A stretch of DNA of 64,000 bases from Lama glama (lineage: Eukaryota). Below, in pieces: positions 37,985-49,490 of the stretch. The stretch is from contig CM052832.1 of the NCBI GenBank assembly GCA_028534125.1, positions 24,120,001-24,184,000 on the forward strand. Direction: 5' to 3'. Position numbers and translations under genes: made by a program. The notes under the pieces are model-generated. The model had not been told where the DNA came from. It was given only the letters and a program-made list of their open reading frames with translations, and made no database searches. Every line of letters begins with the position of its first letter. Position 1 is the stretch's first letter.

Positions 37985-38410
37985 CTCCAAGCCACACCCA
38001 TCATTTCTGTCCCTGATATGACCATGCAGAGTGTGGGTTCATATACAGAATTATGCATCTTTCTCCATGGCTCTCTCCTCTCCACACTCTGGTCCACAAG
38101 TACCCCTTTACCCAGCTCTTCAGGTCAAAGAAATGGGATATTATCTGGGTTGTGGCAGCCCACCTTCCCATCTCTGTGTTTGAGGTGCTCCAGAGGTCAA
38201 AGCCATGGAAAAGAAAAAAAAAAAAGAAAGAAACCTGGGAAATTCATTCCCTTACAGGTCACTTCTCCAAGTTTCAACTTCGCCCACAATCTGCCTGCAT
38301 GGACCTAATTTTCAGAGTCCTTTTAGCATCTTTTAGCAAAGTTTCATCTTCAACTGAGGCAGGTCATTTTTCTTATTTTACCTCCCGTGGGGGTCTCTGT
38401 GCCTTTTAAG
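37985..38410 (-). mobile_element. Old L1M 5'UTR fragment (antisense)
   Basis: Similar to the reverse complement of 38600-38760. Confidence 0.5.
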
Positions 38411-38529
38411 CAAGTCCCCCCTTTTTCTAAAGCATCCTTCCCTCCATCCTGACCCCCTACCACAGTTTCATCCTGCTGTCCCCTTCTTTTTTCTTTTTAT
38501 CTCTCCAGACTCCTTGAAAATGTACTTTC

Positions 38530-39955
38530 CCATGTGAACATAGACTCCTTTTCTGCCAGAGCAGGGCAAGCCCGCCACAGCTGAAAACTCTGGACAGAAT
38601 ACAAAATGTAACTACCTGTGATCTCTGGAAACGAACCCAAAGCAGGGCGATTGGAGAAAGAAGTGGAAACTTGCAGTGACCAGCAAGGGAATAAATCCCC
38701 CAGGTCTTTTCTCCCCTCTTCTCCCAGCTTTGCCCTGAGGGCAACCCCAAGCACAGAACTGGGAGGAGGTCCCAGTGGCAGGCACCTACCAGTGAGCTAC
38801 TATTCCCAGCATTATGGACTGAGAGCTGGAAAAGGGGGTTTTATGGGCAGAGAGTGTGGGGAAGACAAATTCTTCCATAATTCTGTTTATGAACCTACCC
38901 TAGAGCACGTGTGGATCAGACCCAAACCAACAGAGCCAAGGCTTTGCGAACTGAACTGATATTTAAACCACAGCCCAACTTGCATTCATCCCTAAGTGGC
39001 ACACACCAGGGACAGATTCAGAGCAGCACACGGAAAGCTTCAAAGCTGAACTGAGATTAGAACCACTGCCCACAAAGGGCAAAACTGAACTTTCAGTCTG
39101 AATCTAACTAGGTTGACTGCCTGATAAACAAACAAACAAAAATCAACACTTTTCAGAGAATTATAACAATAATCTGACAGAATATTCATGGTGGCCAGGA
39201 CACCAAAGCAAAGTTGCTCAGACATACATAGAGCACATAGAGCCGGAAAAATGTGACCGGTTGTCAGGGAAAAAAGAGAAGCAACATAGGTCAACCCTGA
39301 GATGATCCGGACGTTAACATTTTCAGGCAGAGATTTTTAAGCAGCTTTTATAACTGTGATCCATGAAATAAATACAAAAATACTTGCAATGAACAGAAAG
39401 AAAGTAGCTCTCAGCAGAGAAATAGAAACTATAAAAAGGAACTAATTCTATAGAACTGAAAAATAAAATATCTGATTTTTTTAATGTATTGAATAAGCCC
39501 AAGATCAGAAGAGAGAGAATAGAAAAAAAAAGTGAGTGAATTGGAAGACAGATCAATAAAAATGATCCAATCTGAAGAACAGAGAGAAAAAATAAATAAA
39601 AAGAGAGCCTCAGGGACCTCTAGAGCAACATCAAAAGGTCTAACATCTATATCATGGGAATTCCAGAAAGAGAAGGAAAAGAAAATGAGAGCTGAAAATG
39701 TCCAAAATTGGAAACAGACATAAACTTAGTTTAAAGCAGCTCAGCGAACTCCAAGTATGGTAAACACAAAATCAAACACACCTGACACAGCATAGTCAAA
39801 CTACTGAAAACTAAAGATGAAAAAAAAAATCTTGAAAGCTGTTAGGGAAAAATGACACGTTGCATACAGGGGAGCAATGGTCTGAAGGACTATGAACTTC
39901 TCAGAAACCACAGAGGCCAGAAGAAAGTAGATTCACATCTTAAAAGTGCTGAAAG
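38530..39955 (+). mobile_element. Old L1M 5'UTR and ORF1 remnant
   Basis: ORF1 peptide SELEDRSIKMIQSEEQREK; similar to 31200-32200. Confidence 0.85.
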
Positions 39956-40130
39956 TCCAAGAATGAGATGAGACTTATATCTGAGAGAGACTAGGGTGTA
40001 GGCTGATTACTAAATATGGGTGCAGGTCCAGGAAATGGGACAGAAATCTGGAGAATAGTACTGGGTGGGGCTCAGAAACAAGATAAGGCCTGGCTGACAA
40101 TCAAGGCTTCATTGGCAACCTGAATATCAG

Positions 40131-40132
<2 letters not shown>

Positions 40133-40180
<48 letters not shown>
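40133..40180. repeat. (AC)24 microsatellite
   Basis: Read directly. Confidence 0.97.
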
Positions 40181-40183
<3 letters not shown>

Positions 40184-43039
40184 TGTGTACACCCAGGGTC
40201 AAAGAGACCATCAGTAACCTGGGGGTAGAGGTCACACAGATGCAGCTGCAGGGGAGGGGGGTTCTTGGGGCTTGCAGACCTGGCTAGACATTTAACTCTT
40301 TTTCATGCATGTCCAAAATGTCTCACCTTTGTCCATTCCATTCCTTGTCTTGATCTCCAACTTTCTCAACTCAGTATGACTAACTTGTTCTTGATGAGTT
40401 AGCTCACATGCTACTGGAGCTTATTCTACTGGAGACCTACTGTATACCAGGAGGTGAAGTTCTCCATAAAAACTTCTCAGATCTTCCTACTGAGAGCAGT
40501 TGCACCCTCCTCTGAATTTCCATATTAACTCACGGTACTCACTTGACACTTTGTCTGAGACTTAGCCACATGTACATACACTGTATATGACTTGTTTGTT
40601 ACTTGGCACTCTCTTTGTGTTACCAACATGGTCTATCATAGTAACTCAAAAGTACTCATTGTTTAGTACCTTTAATGAAAAAGGTGAGCGAATACCTTTT
40701 TCTCCCCCTAAACCAATGAAAATGCTACCAGTCGTTAAGAGTAGCATAACTTGCTTATATTTTTAAAAAAATGCTTGATTAAACAATTCTCTTTGATTAG
40801 CAAATAATACAAAAATGAGAAGACAAAAAGAACACTGATATTCCTTAGAATTATTTCTCGTAATTCTTTGGCCTTGACCCATCCTGAGAAGAACCACAGA
40901 ATGTAGATAGTGCTGGAAGGGAAACTTAAAAATGAAAGAACAAACCCTTATTTTGCAAAGTAGAAAACTGAGAGGTTCAGAGGCTGCTCCAAATCCCACA
41001 CTAATTGAACCAGACTAGAATCCAGGTGTTTTTGGCTCTCCATCCGAGGTTCACGCTTCCTCTAAGCCTAAGGTATAGGCTTACTGAAAGAATGGAAGAC
41101 CAGAGATTGATTGATTAACATCACTGAAGAGGTTGGTCTTCTCCTCCTATGAGATTAAGGGGCTACTGTGAAGGTTATCCTAAGGTTCAGCTATCCTTCC
41201 TGAGTGTCTGATGCTGAATAACAACAGCCACTCCTGCCCCGCCAGCTACTCACTCTTTATAACCCCATCACTTGAAGTAACCTGCGAGTTCAGAGGAAGT
41301 CAGTTATGAACCAAGGGGGAAAGCATGGTTGGAAAGAAAAGTTCGGCATCTGCTGATGTCAGTTCCTTCAAAACCTGAGTTGAGGATGCTGCAAACCCCT
41401 TCTGGCCTTTGGTGCCTCAGTGTTTCTCCTTGTGAAAGGGTAATGAAGTTGCTAGTAACTCTGAAATGAGAAATGGAATGCATAGCAACTGGCCACCAAG
41501 TAAAACAGATTTCAGGTACAAATAGAAACAAAACGCTGGGGAAATGGAAAGAATTTTAAGAATAAAAGAAAAGAAAAAAAAACCCTGAGAAGATAATCCT
41601 TTTAAGAAGCTGATTTTTTCTTTTTCCTTAGTCATTCCCAAAGTAAGAGGGCTAGGGTAATACTGCCAGTGCTTAACTCCAAAATAGATAAAAGGTTAAA
41701 AAGGAAAAAAAAAAAAGGAAGAAGAAGAAGAAGGCTGCTCTGTTGAGGAAAAAAGTCCTGAAATAACCTATCACTGGTGTTCAGAAGTCACAAGGTCATC
41801 ATTCATCTTTATAAAAAGAGACACTGAACAAAGACAAATAAGGCAAGGCGTTTGCTTTTACATAACGCCAGGGCAGGTAAGACATAGCTGTCATTCCGCA
41901 GGCCTTGAGCATGACAGAGAAACCGAAAGCTTTAGGAAATATCCTATGAAATGCTATACTTCTGGTTTCAACAAATGCTTGGAGACACCATGAAAGTCCT
42001 TTTGATATGGACAGAAAATTTTGTTCACCACTTCTTTTAAATTCTTTAAAAAAAAATGTTTCTTTTCCTCCAAAATCCTGCAGTCTCCTCTCTGTCTTGT
42101 CCTAAGATCAGTCAGGGTCAAAGAGCCCACAAGTTTAGAAACTTACGTATAATTTTACTACCTTTGACCTTCATACTTATTAACTTCAACCCAGAACAAT
42201 GCATTACTCTTACAATAGTCAACATGACTGATTCTGTAAGCTCCCCATGTAGTTCTTGAATGTAATTGCCTTTGGAGTGTTCTTTTAAATCAATCGAAGC
42301 ACACACGTAACCACACATCTTTACAAAATGAGGAATGGAAAGAAAAATTAATGTGTTTGTCCAGTAAAATCTTGACATAAATATACCCCTAATTGCAGAA
42401 GTAAGTGTATAGGAGACCAGTGCATAGACTAACTTGTAGCGAGAATAAAATTTCTTCAAAATCTCCTGTTTATCAATTATGTAAATTTGAAATTGTACAT
42501 CATGATATATACAAGCTTCTTTTAATATTAAAATAATATCTTCCTCCAAAATTTCCTAGTTGAATGACATCCATCAGTATAGTAAAACAGAAAGAAAGCC
42601 CACAGCGCTTTTGATTCAGTCTTCTGGCTATTTTCAGGCCAAATGTTTTTTTGTTTGTTTGGTTTGTTTTCTCTTTTGAATTATTCACATCTCCCTGTCC
42701 AGTCATGCCCTGCACTTTGCAAAAATATAATGCTAGGAAATCTTATAATTTTTTATTAACTTGCAGATTTTTCTGGGGCAGGAATACCATTCAAATGTTC
42801 CCTAAGGAGAAACCAAATAAAAGGGGAATTTTCCTCTGAGTTTTCAATTGTAGCTTATAGTGAATGGGAAAATCAGTTCTCACTTAGATCTACATGGCTA
42901 TTTGTGAGCAGAAAATAGTTTTAATTATTCTGCCTATTGCAACCAAGATTTTCTGGGACAATCCCAACTTCATTCTTTTCAATAAATGTGAATTTCCATT
43001 ACACTTGCAGGAAATTGTCCAGCACACATACTCACAAAG

Positions 43040-43400
43040 GTGATTAAAGTCCATTGTAGAAAGCTGTTCACTGCACCCTTATGGGTAATGGTAAAACAAG
43101 TGGGAACAAGTTAAATGACCTTCAGGAGGGGATTCGTTTAAGAAATTTCCCTACATTCAAATAATATAACACCAGGCAGAATCAGGTAGACCTTCAGGTA
43201 CTGGTCTAGAAGAATATTCAAGATACATTGTTGGTTGAAAAATAGCAGGTTACAGAACAGATATTTGGTATATCCCATTTGTGTCACACTTTGAAAAAGT
43301 CTACCATGTATGTTTGTAAAGGGTTAGAAGATTTCTGGCAAGATATACTAGAAACAAACAAACCCAAAAGTGGCCTCTGTGGTTGGGATGAAGAGTTAAG
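43040..43400 (+). mobile_element. L1ME-like 3' fragment
   Basis: 'gctgttcactgcaccc...gtgggaacaagttaaatgacc...tgaaaaatagcaggttacagaacag'. Confidence 0.55.
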
Positions 43401-43489
43401 GAACAATGGAGGCTTTTATCTGTTGCTCATATTTCTTGACTCCCAGTATTTCTGTCACCTTCTGTGAATTAAACTCTCCCTGGTTCCTC

Positions 43490-44345
43490 CAGTTGTCACC
43501 ACTTTCCACCATGTTTGAGACCCTTTCTTGTCATAACTTGTACAGTACTGGCCATGAGATGAGCTTGCGTGAGACTGGCATGAGATGGAAGGGAAAAAAA
43601 AAGAAGGTAGATGTCACTTAGCTACGGGGTTGACTGCTGAGGGCTTCAGCCAATGGGCCAGTGGGTAACATCTGGAGGGATGAGGTATTCCAGTCACTAG
43701 CAATGTCAAGAGAGTCCTGATTAGAAGTGGGTATGGGAGCTGAGCTGCCAGGTGGAGGTGATACCAGAAGTCAAGGCCATGAAAGCATCACGATTCCAAA
43801 TGATCCAGCTTCTTCCTTGGACTTGGTTTGTCGTGGACGTTACTAGTTGCAATGTTATACAGTATCTATTCTCCTCTTCTTCCTTGTAACAGAACCCAAA
43901 TTTCATCTGGGGTTACAAAATACCCAGTTAAAAATAATCACTTCCACAGACTTTCTTAATATGACAGGTGACCAGGTTACTCAGAATTGGCCAACAGGTT
44001 GAAAGCAAAAGTCTTCTGGGTGACACTTTCTAAAAATTATCTGTTTCTTGATCAAGTAAAAAGGACAAACGCAAGTGACTTATGCCTTTAGCCTTTCATC
44101 TTTCAACCTGCCTGGAAATAGATTTGAGGGCTGGGGCTGGAAAAGCCATCTTGTAATCACAAAGATGCAAGTCAAACAATTGGGATAGTAGAGCAGGTCA
44201 CCCCTGATGACCAAGGGCACTTTCAGAGGTCCTAGGCTGGACTCATGGTCCCTCTGGAGTTCCAGTCATGAAAGAAAAATGGCCCTCAGTTTGGCTAAGC
44301 TGCAGTTATCAGGTGTCTGTGGTCGAAGTTAATCCTAGTCAATTT
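43490..44345. mobile_element. MaLR (MLT1-like) LTR fragments
   Basis: 'ggtgaccaggttactcagaattggccaac...gccatcttgtaatcac...gaagttaatcctagtc'. Confidence 0.55.
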
Positions 44346-46100
44346 TGGATTCTTCAACAAAGGTTCAGGATAGGGGGAACAAAGGGCTGTTAAGGTTCTG
44401 GAGGGGTCAGGAGAACTCTGGACAAGTGGGCTGTGCTTCTGCTGAGTGGAGGAGTCTGGAAAATGGACCAGGAAGCTCCAGGAGAAGCCAGGCAAGGACC
44501 AGGGAAAACATAGGGAGGCTGCGTATTGGCACGTGCTCAGGTGCCCAGGATGCACCTGAAAACCATTGGTCTGTTTGTAGCACAGAGTTCTGTGGGAAAC
44601 AAAGGTATGGTGGCTTCTGGCTGGGGGATCAGAAGGAGCTGGAAGAGAGTTTCACACTCTTCCCAAGGATCAGCTGCTTTCTGGTCCTTAGCCTACAGAA
44701 TCCATCCAGACCATGGTGGTGAAATCTCTGCACCTTATCCTTCATTTCTCTGCCAGGACTCTAATGGAGCTTCAGGTACCGTTGCATCCAGCTGTCCGTG
44801 GGTGTCGTTCGCTGTTTGACTTAGCAGAGCCCTCGCGCTGGTGTTGGGAGTGGAGGGGAGGTAGGGGAGAGCTGTCTCCAGTGACTGCCCTCCTAGAACA
44901 GCCCACCATCTCCTGTTCACTTCTACTACTTTTACTTTTACTAACTAAAAAAAAAAAAAAACCACAGTCAAGGAAAGGTGAGTAAAAAGGATAAATAAAT
45001 AAGTGTCAACTGGAAGAGTTTCTTTTTAAATTTTTTAAAAAACTTACTCGGAAGAAGGCATTATCTGTTAGTAAGTAGTGTAAGTAATTATCTTTAGCGT
45101 GGAACTGGTGTATTTTAGGCAATCCCACTGAAATGGTGTAAACAACATTTCCTGTGTCAAAAGCAGAGATCCAAGTCTGTTTTAGAATGGTCCTAATCTC
45201 CATCTATTATAATTTCCACCAATAACTTGTCTTTTTATATATGCTGGCATCTGTGTGAAAGACAGCATCCCACATTGACCAAGACTCCATCTGGTGACAG
45301 GCGGGGGAGCAGGAACGTAGACTGTCACTTTATGCAGATGGATTTCTATTAATACAAACAAGTGACCCTAAAAGAGAAACTGGCTAGCTCCAGCAGAACT
45401 TTAAGAAGATTGTTCTGAATTTCCTGAAAGCAGGTTATTTCTAAATACATGATGTTGCCTTTTAAACGCAGATCAGGCATTTTGTCCTTCTCAGGGCTGG
45501 TTTTCCAAAGTGGGCTTGCTGTGGAAGGAAGGGACTGCAGTGAGAGAGAGAGGTCTCTTGTGGGAAGAGCTGCAAGTTTTCGTATCACCGTTGCAGGACT
45601 CAGCTGGTGTGAATCCCAGGGAGGGCAAGGCATGGGGGTGAGGAGGATGGAGGGAAAAGGAACTGATTTCATGCATCATGGCTATTGGCCGCTCCCCCTT
45701 TTTCCTGCCTCACCAGGAGAATAGATAGATCTAAAATTCCTCCCATGCATTCATCAGGTAAATTTACATTATGTACTTACATGAGCAAATCTTTACTGAG
45801 GGAGTTTGCTTTCAAGGATTGCTAGAGAGGCTTTCACTGGCTGCTCCCTCTTCCTCTGTGAGCCACCTCTGGCCAGCCAAGGCAGGAAGGGCACCCTCTG
45901 GGCCATGGAGGAGCTCAGCAGAGTAACAGCTCCTAGTTGTGAACCACCCAATGGCCCATCCAGGGAGACTGAGTGATACTATATCCATCCGTGCAACAAA
46001 ATACGACGACATGATTAAAAATGACGTTTTGGAACAGTTCTCTCCAAACTACAGTTATTTTAGTACCATTTCAGGGCTTTTGCTCCACTATTACATACTT

Positions 46101-47232
46101 TTTTTTTTTAACATTTTTTATCGATTTATAATCATTTTACAATGTTGTGTCAAATTCCAGTGTTCACAATTTTTCAGTCATTCATGGACATATACACACT
46201 ATCACATTTTTTTCTCTGTGATTTATCATAACATTTTGTGTATATTTCCCTGTGCTATACAGTGTAATCTTGTTTATCTATTCTACAATTTTGAAATCCC
46301 AGTCTATCCCTTCCCACCCTCTACCCCCCTGGTAACCACAAGTCTGTATTCTCTGTCCATGAGTCTTTNNNNNNNNNNNNNNNNNNNNNNNNNNNNNNNN
46401 NNNNNNNNNNNNNNNNNNNNNNNNNNNNNNNNNNNNNNNNNNNNNNNNNNNNNNNNNNNNNNNNNNNNNNNNNNNNNNNNNNNNNNNNNNNNNNNNNNNN
46501 NNNNNNNNNNNNNNNNNNNNNNNNNNNNNNNNNNNNNNNNNNNNNNNNNNNNNNNNNNNNNNNNNNNNNNNNNNNNNNNNNNNNNNNNNNNNNNNNNNNN
46601 NNNNNNNNNNNNNNNNNNNNNNNNNNNNNNNNNNNNNNNNNNNNNNNNNNNNNNNNNNNNNNNNNNNNNNNNNNNNNNNNNNNNNNNNNNNNNNNNNNNN
46701 NNNNNNNNNNNNNNNNNNNNNNNNNNNNNNNNNNNNNNNNNNNNNNNNNNNNNNNNNNNNNNNNNNNNNNNNNNNNNNNNNNNNNNNNNNNNNNNNNNNN
46801 NNNNNNNNNNNNNNNNNNNNNNNNNNNNNNNNNNNNNNNNNNNNNNNNNNNNNNNNNNNNNNNNNNNNTTGGGGGTGTAATGCTCTGAAAATATCCACCA
46901 AATCTAGTTTTTCTATTGTAGTATTTAATTTCTCTGTTGCCTTGTTTATTTTCTGTCTGGAAGATCTGTCTAGTGATGTTAATGCAGTGTTAAAATCTCC
47001 AACTATGATTGTATTCCCATCCATATCGCCCTTTATCTCTGTTAGTAATTCTTGTATGTACTTAGGTGCTCCTATATTGGGTGCATATATATTAACGAGT
47101 ATAATGTCTTCATCTTGTATCACTCCTTTAATCATTATAAAATGTCCCTCTTTATCTTTCTTTATGGCCTTTGTTTTAAAGTCTATTTTGTCTGAAATCA
47201 GTACTGCAACACCTGCTTTTTTGGCTTTTCCA
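46101..47232 (-). mobile_element. Young L1, 5'-truncated inside the ORF2 endonuclease, spanning the gap
   Basis: Open frame KAGVAVLISDKIDFK..EDIILVNIYAPNIGAPKYI..IIVGDFNTALTSLDRSSRQKINK..DLVDIFRALHP; 3'UTR and poly-T at 46101; perfect TSD CACTATTACATACTT at 46086-46100 and 47233-47247. Confidence 0.95.
46369..46868. other. Assembly gap (500 N)
   Basis: Run of N. Confidence 1.
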
Positions 47233-47717
47233 CACTATTACATACTTAGTATATTTCTTTAAATTGACTTAGTGTTTAGAACATATGTTCCCTCCTATCC
47301 TGATCCTAAGCAGTTATATCTGTGACATGAGTTTGACATGCTAACTGTATTTTTCAGTACACAATAACATAAACAGATACGTATTAAAATTAAAACAATG
47401 TTCAACTAAGTGTTAGCTAAAATTGTCCTGAGTAACCCCGGTAGTATTCATCCCAACTTTTGGAGAAACCCCGCTTTGCAAGAAAATTTGATGTCCCTGG
47501 GTGAAATGCTATGCTGCTACCTGAAAAAGAGGAAACACAGAATGCACTGTTTGATCAAAATCTTGGGGAAACTGTGTGTGTATGAAAAAGGTACATATAT
47601 TCCCCAACGTGTGACTAGTGGTTTGCTCCATTAATATGTAATATGGTCCCAGATTGAGTTACGTATTTTTTTTCACATGTGCTACCTTTATTTAAAAGTG
47701 AAAATTAACTCATTTGT

Positions 47718-49490
47718 TGAATTTTAATAATGGCTTTATTGAGATATACCAGAAAATTCACTCAAAGTAAAAATTCAGTGTTTTTTTAGTGTATTCACAA
47801 AGTTGTATACCATCAACAGTATCTAATATTAGAACATTTTATCACCCCAAAAAGAAACTCTGGACCCATCAGCAGTTATTACCCCGCTGTCCTCTACATC
47901 CAGCCACTGGTAATCACTGACCTACTTTCTGTCTCTGTGGATTTGCCTGTTCTGGAAATTACATGTGAGTGGAATCACACAGTACATGGCATTTTGCGAT
48001 TGGCGTCTTTCATTTAACATCATGTTTACCAGGTTCATTGATGTTGTAGCATGTTTTAGTATCTCAACCCTCTTTATTGTAGAATAGCATTCCACTGCTT
48101 GGATATACCATATTTTTATTTATCTATTCATTAGTTGATAGACATTTTTGCTATTTCTACGTTTTGGTTATTGTAAATAATTCTGCTATGAACATTTGTG
48201 TACAAGTTTTATGTGGACATATGCTTTCCGTTTTCTTCGGCTCATACCAAAGAGTAGAATTGCTGAGTTATATGACTCTATGTTAAACAGTTTAAGGAAC
48301 CACCAAACTGTTTTCCAAAGTGGCTACAGCATTTTATAATCCGAGAAACAATGTAGTAGGAGTCTAACTTCTCTGCATCCTTGCCAACATCGTTACTGTC
48401 TGTCATTTTGATTTTAGTCATCCTAGAGGATGGGAAATGGCATATTATTATGGTTTTGATTTACATTTTCCAGATAACTGAGGATGTCGAGTATCTTTTC
48501 ATGTGTTTATTAGCCATTTGTGTATCTTCTTAGGGTAAATTTCTATTCGAATCTTTTGCCTATTTTTCAGTTGGATTATTTGTCTTTTTATTATTGAGTT
48601 GTAGGAGTTCTTTATATGATCAAGTCCCTTATCAGATACATGATTGCAAATATTTTCTCCCGTTCTATGAGCTGTCTTTCCATTTTCTTGATAGTGTCCT
48701 TTGAAGCACAAAGTGTTAAATTTTGTTACATCCAATCATGGTTGTTTGTGGTTTTGGTGTCATATCTAAAAATCCATTGCTTAATAATCTAGGGTCGCAA
48801 AGATTACGCCTATATGTTCTTCAAGGAGTTTAATAGTTTTAGCTCTTATATTTAGGTCTATGATCCATTTTGAGTTATTTTTTGGATATTATTTGAGGGG
48901 AAGGGGTCCAATTTCATTCTTTTTCATGGCTTTCCAGGTGCCCAAACACCATTTGTTGAGAGGACTGTTCTCTCCCCATTGAATGGTCTTGGCACCCTTG
49001 ACAAAAACTGGTTAATCCTAAGTGTAAAGATTTAATTCTGGACTCTGAATTCTATTCTGTTTATCTATATGTCCAACCTTATGCCAGCACCTCATTGTCT
49101 GGTTATTGTTGCTTTGTAGTAAATTTTGAAATTGGGAAGTATGAGTCCTTTAACTTTGTTCTCCTTCCTCAAGATTGTTTTGGCTATACTGGGTTCCCTG
49201 AATTTCCTTATGAACTTTAGGATTGGCTTATCAGTTTCTGCCCAACAAAAGGCAGCCAGGATTCTGATATAGATCGCATTGAATCTATAGATCATTTGGG
49301 GGAGTATTACCACCTTAACAATACTGTCTTCTGATCCATGAACATGGGATGTTTTTCCATTTAGTTAAGTCTCCTTTCATTTCTTTCAATGTTGTTCTGT
49401 AGTTGTCCGTACATAAGTCTTACACTTCTTTTGCTAAGTTTATTCCTAAGTGTTTTATCCTTTTTTGGTGCTATTGTAAATGGATTCAAA
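47718..49490 (-). mobile_element. L1 (L1MB-like) 3' ~1.8 kb
   Basis: Minus-strand ORF2 remnant [31 protein letters not shown]; 3'UTR at the left end. Confidence 0.92.

Larger units (their letters stand above)
46033..47470. mobile_element. Old hAT-type MITE split by a young L1
   Basis: Imperfect terminal inverted repeats cagttctctccaaa (~46035) / tttggagaaaccc (~47459); AT-rich body continues across the L1. Confidence 0.4.

Noticed and set aside
45939..47135. Longest ORFs in the track (313 and 285 aa)
   Set aside because: Artefacts of reading through the N gap; the real portion is L1 ORF2
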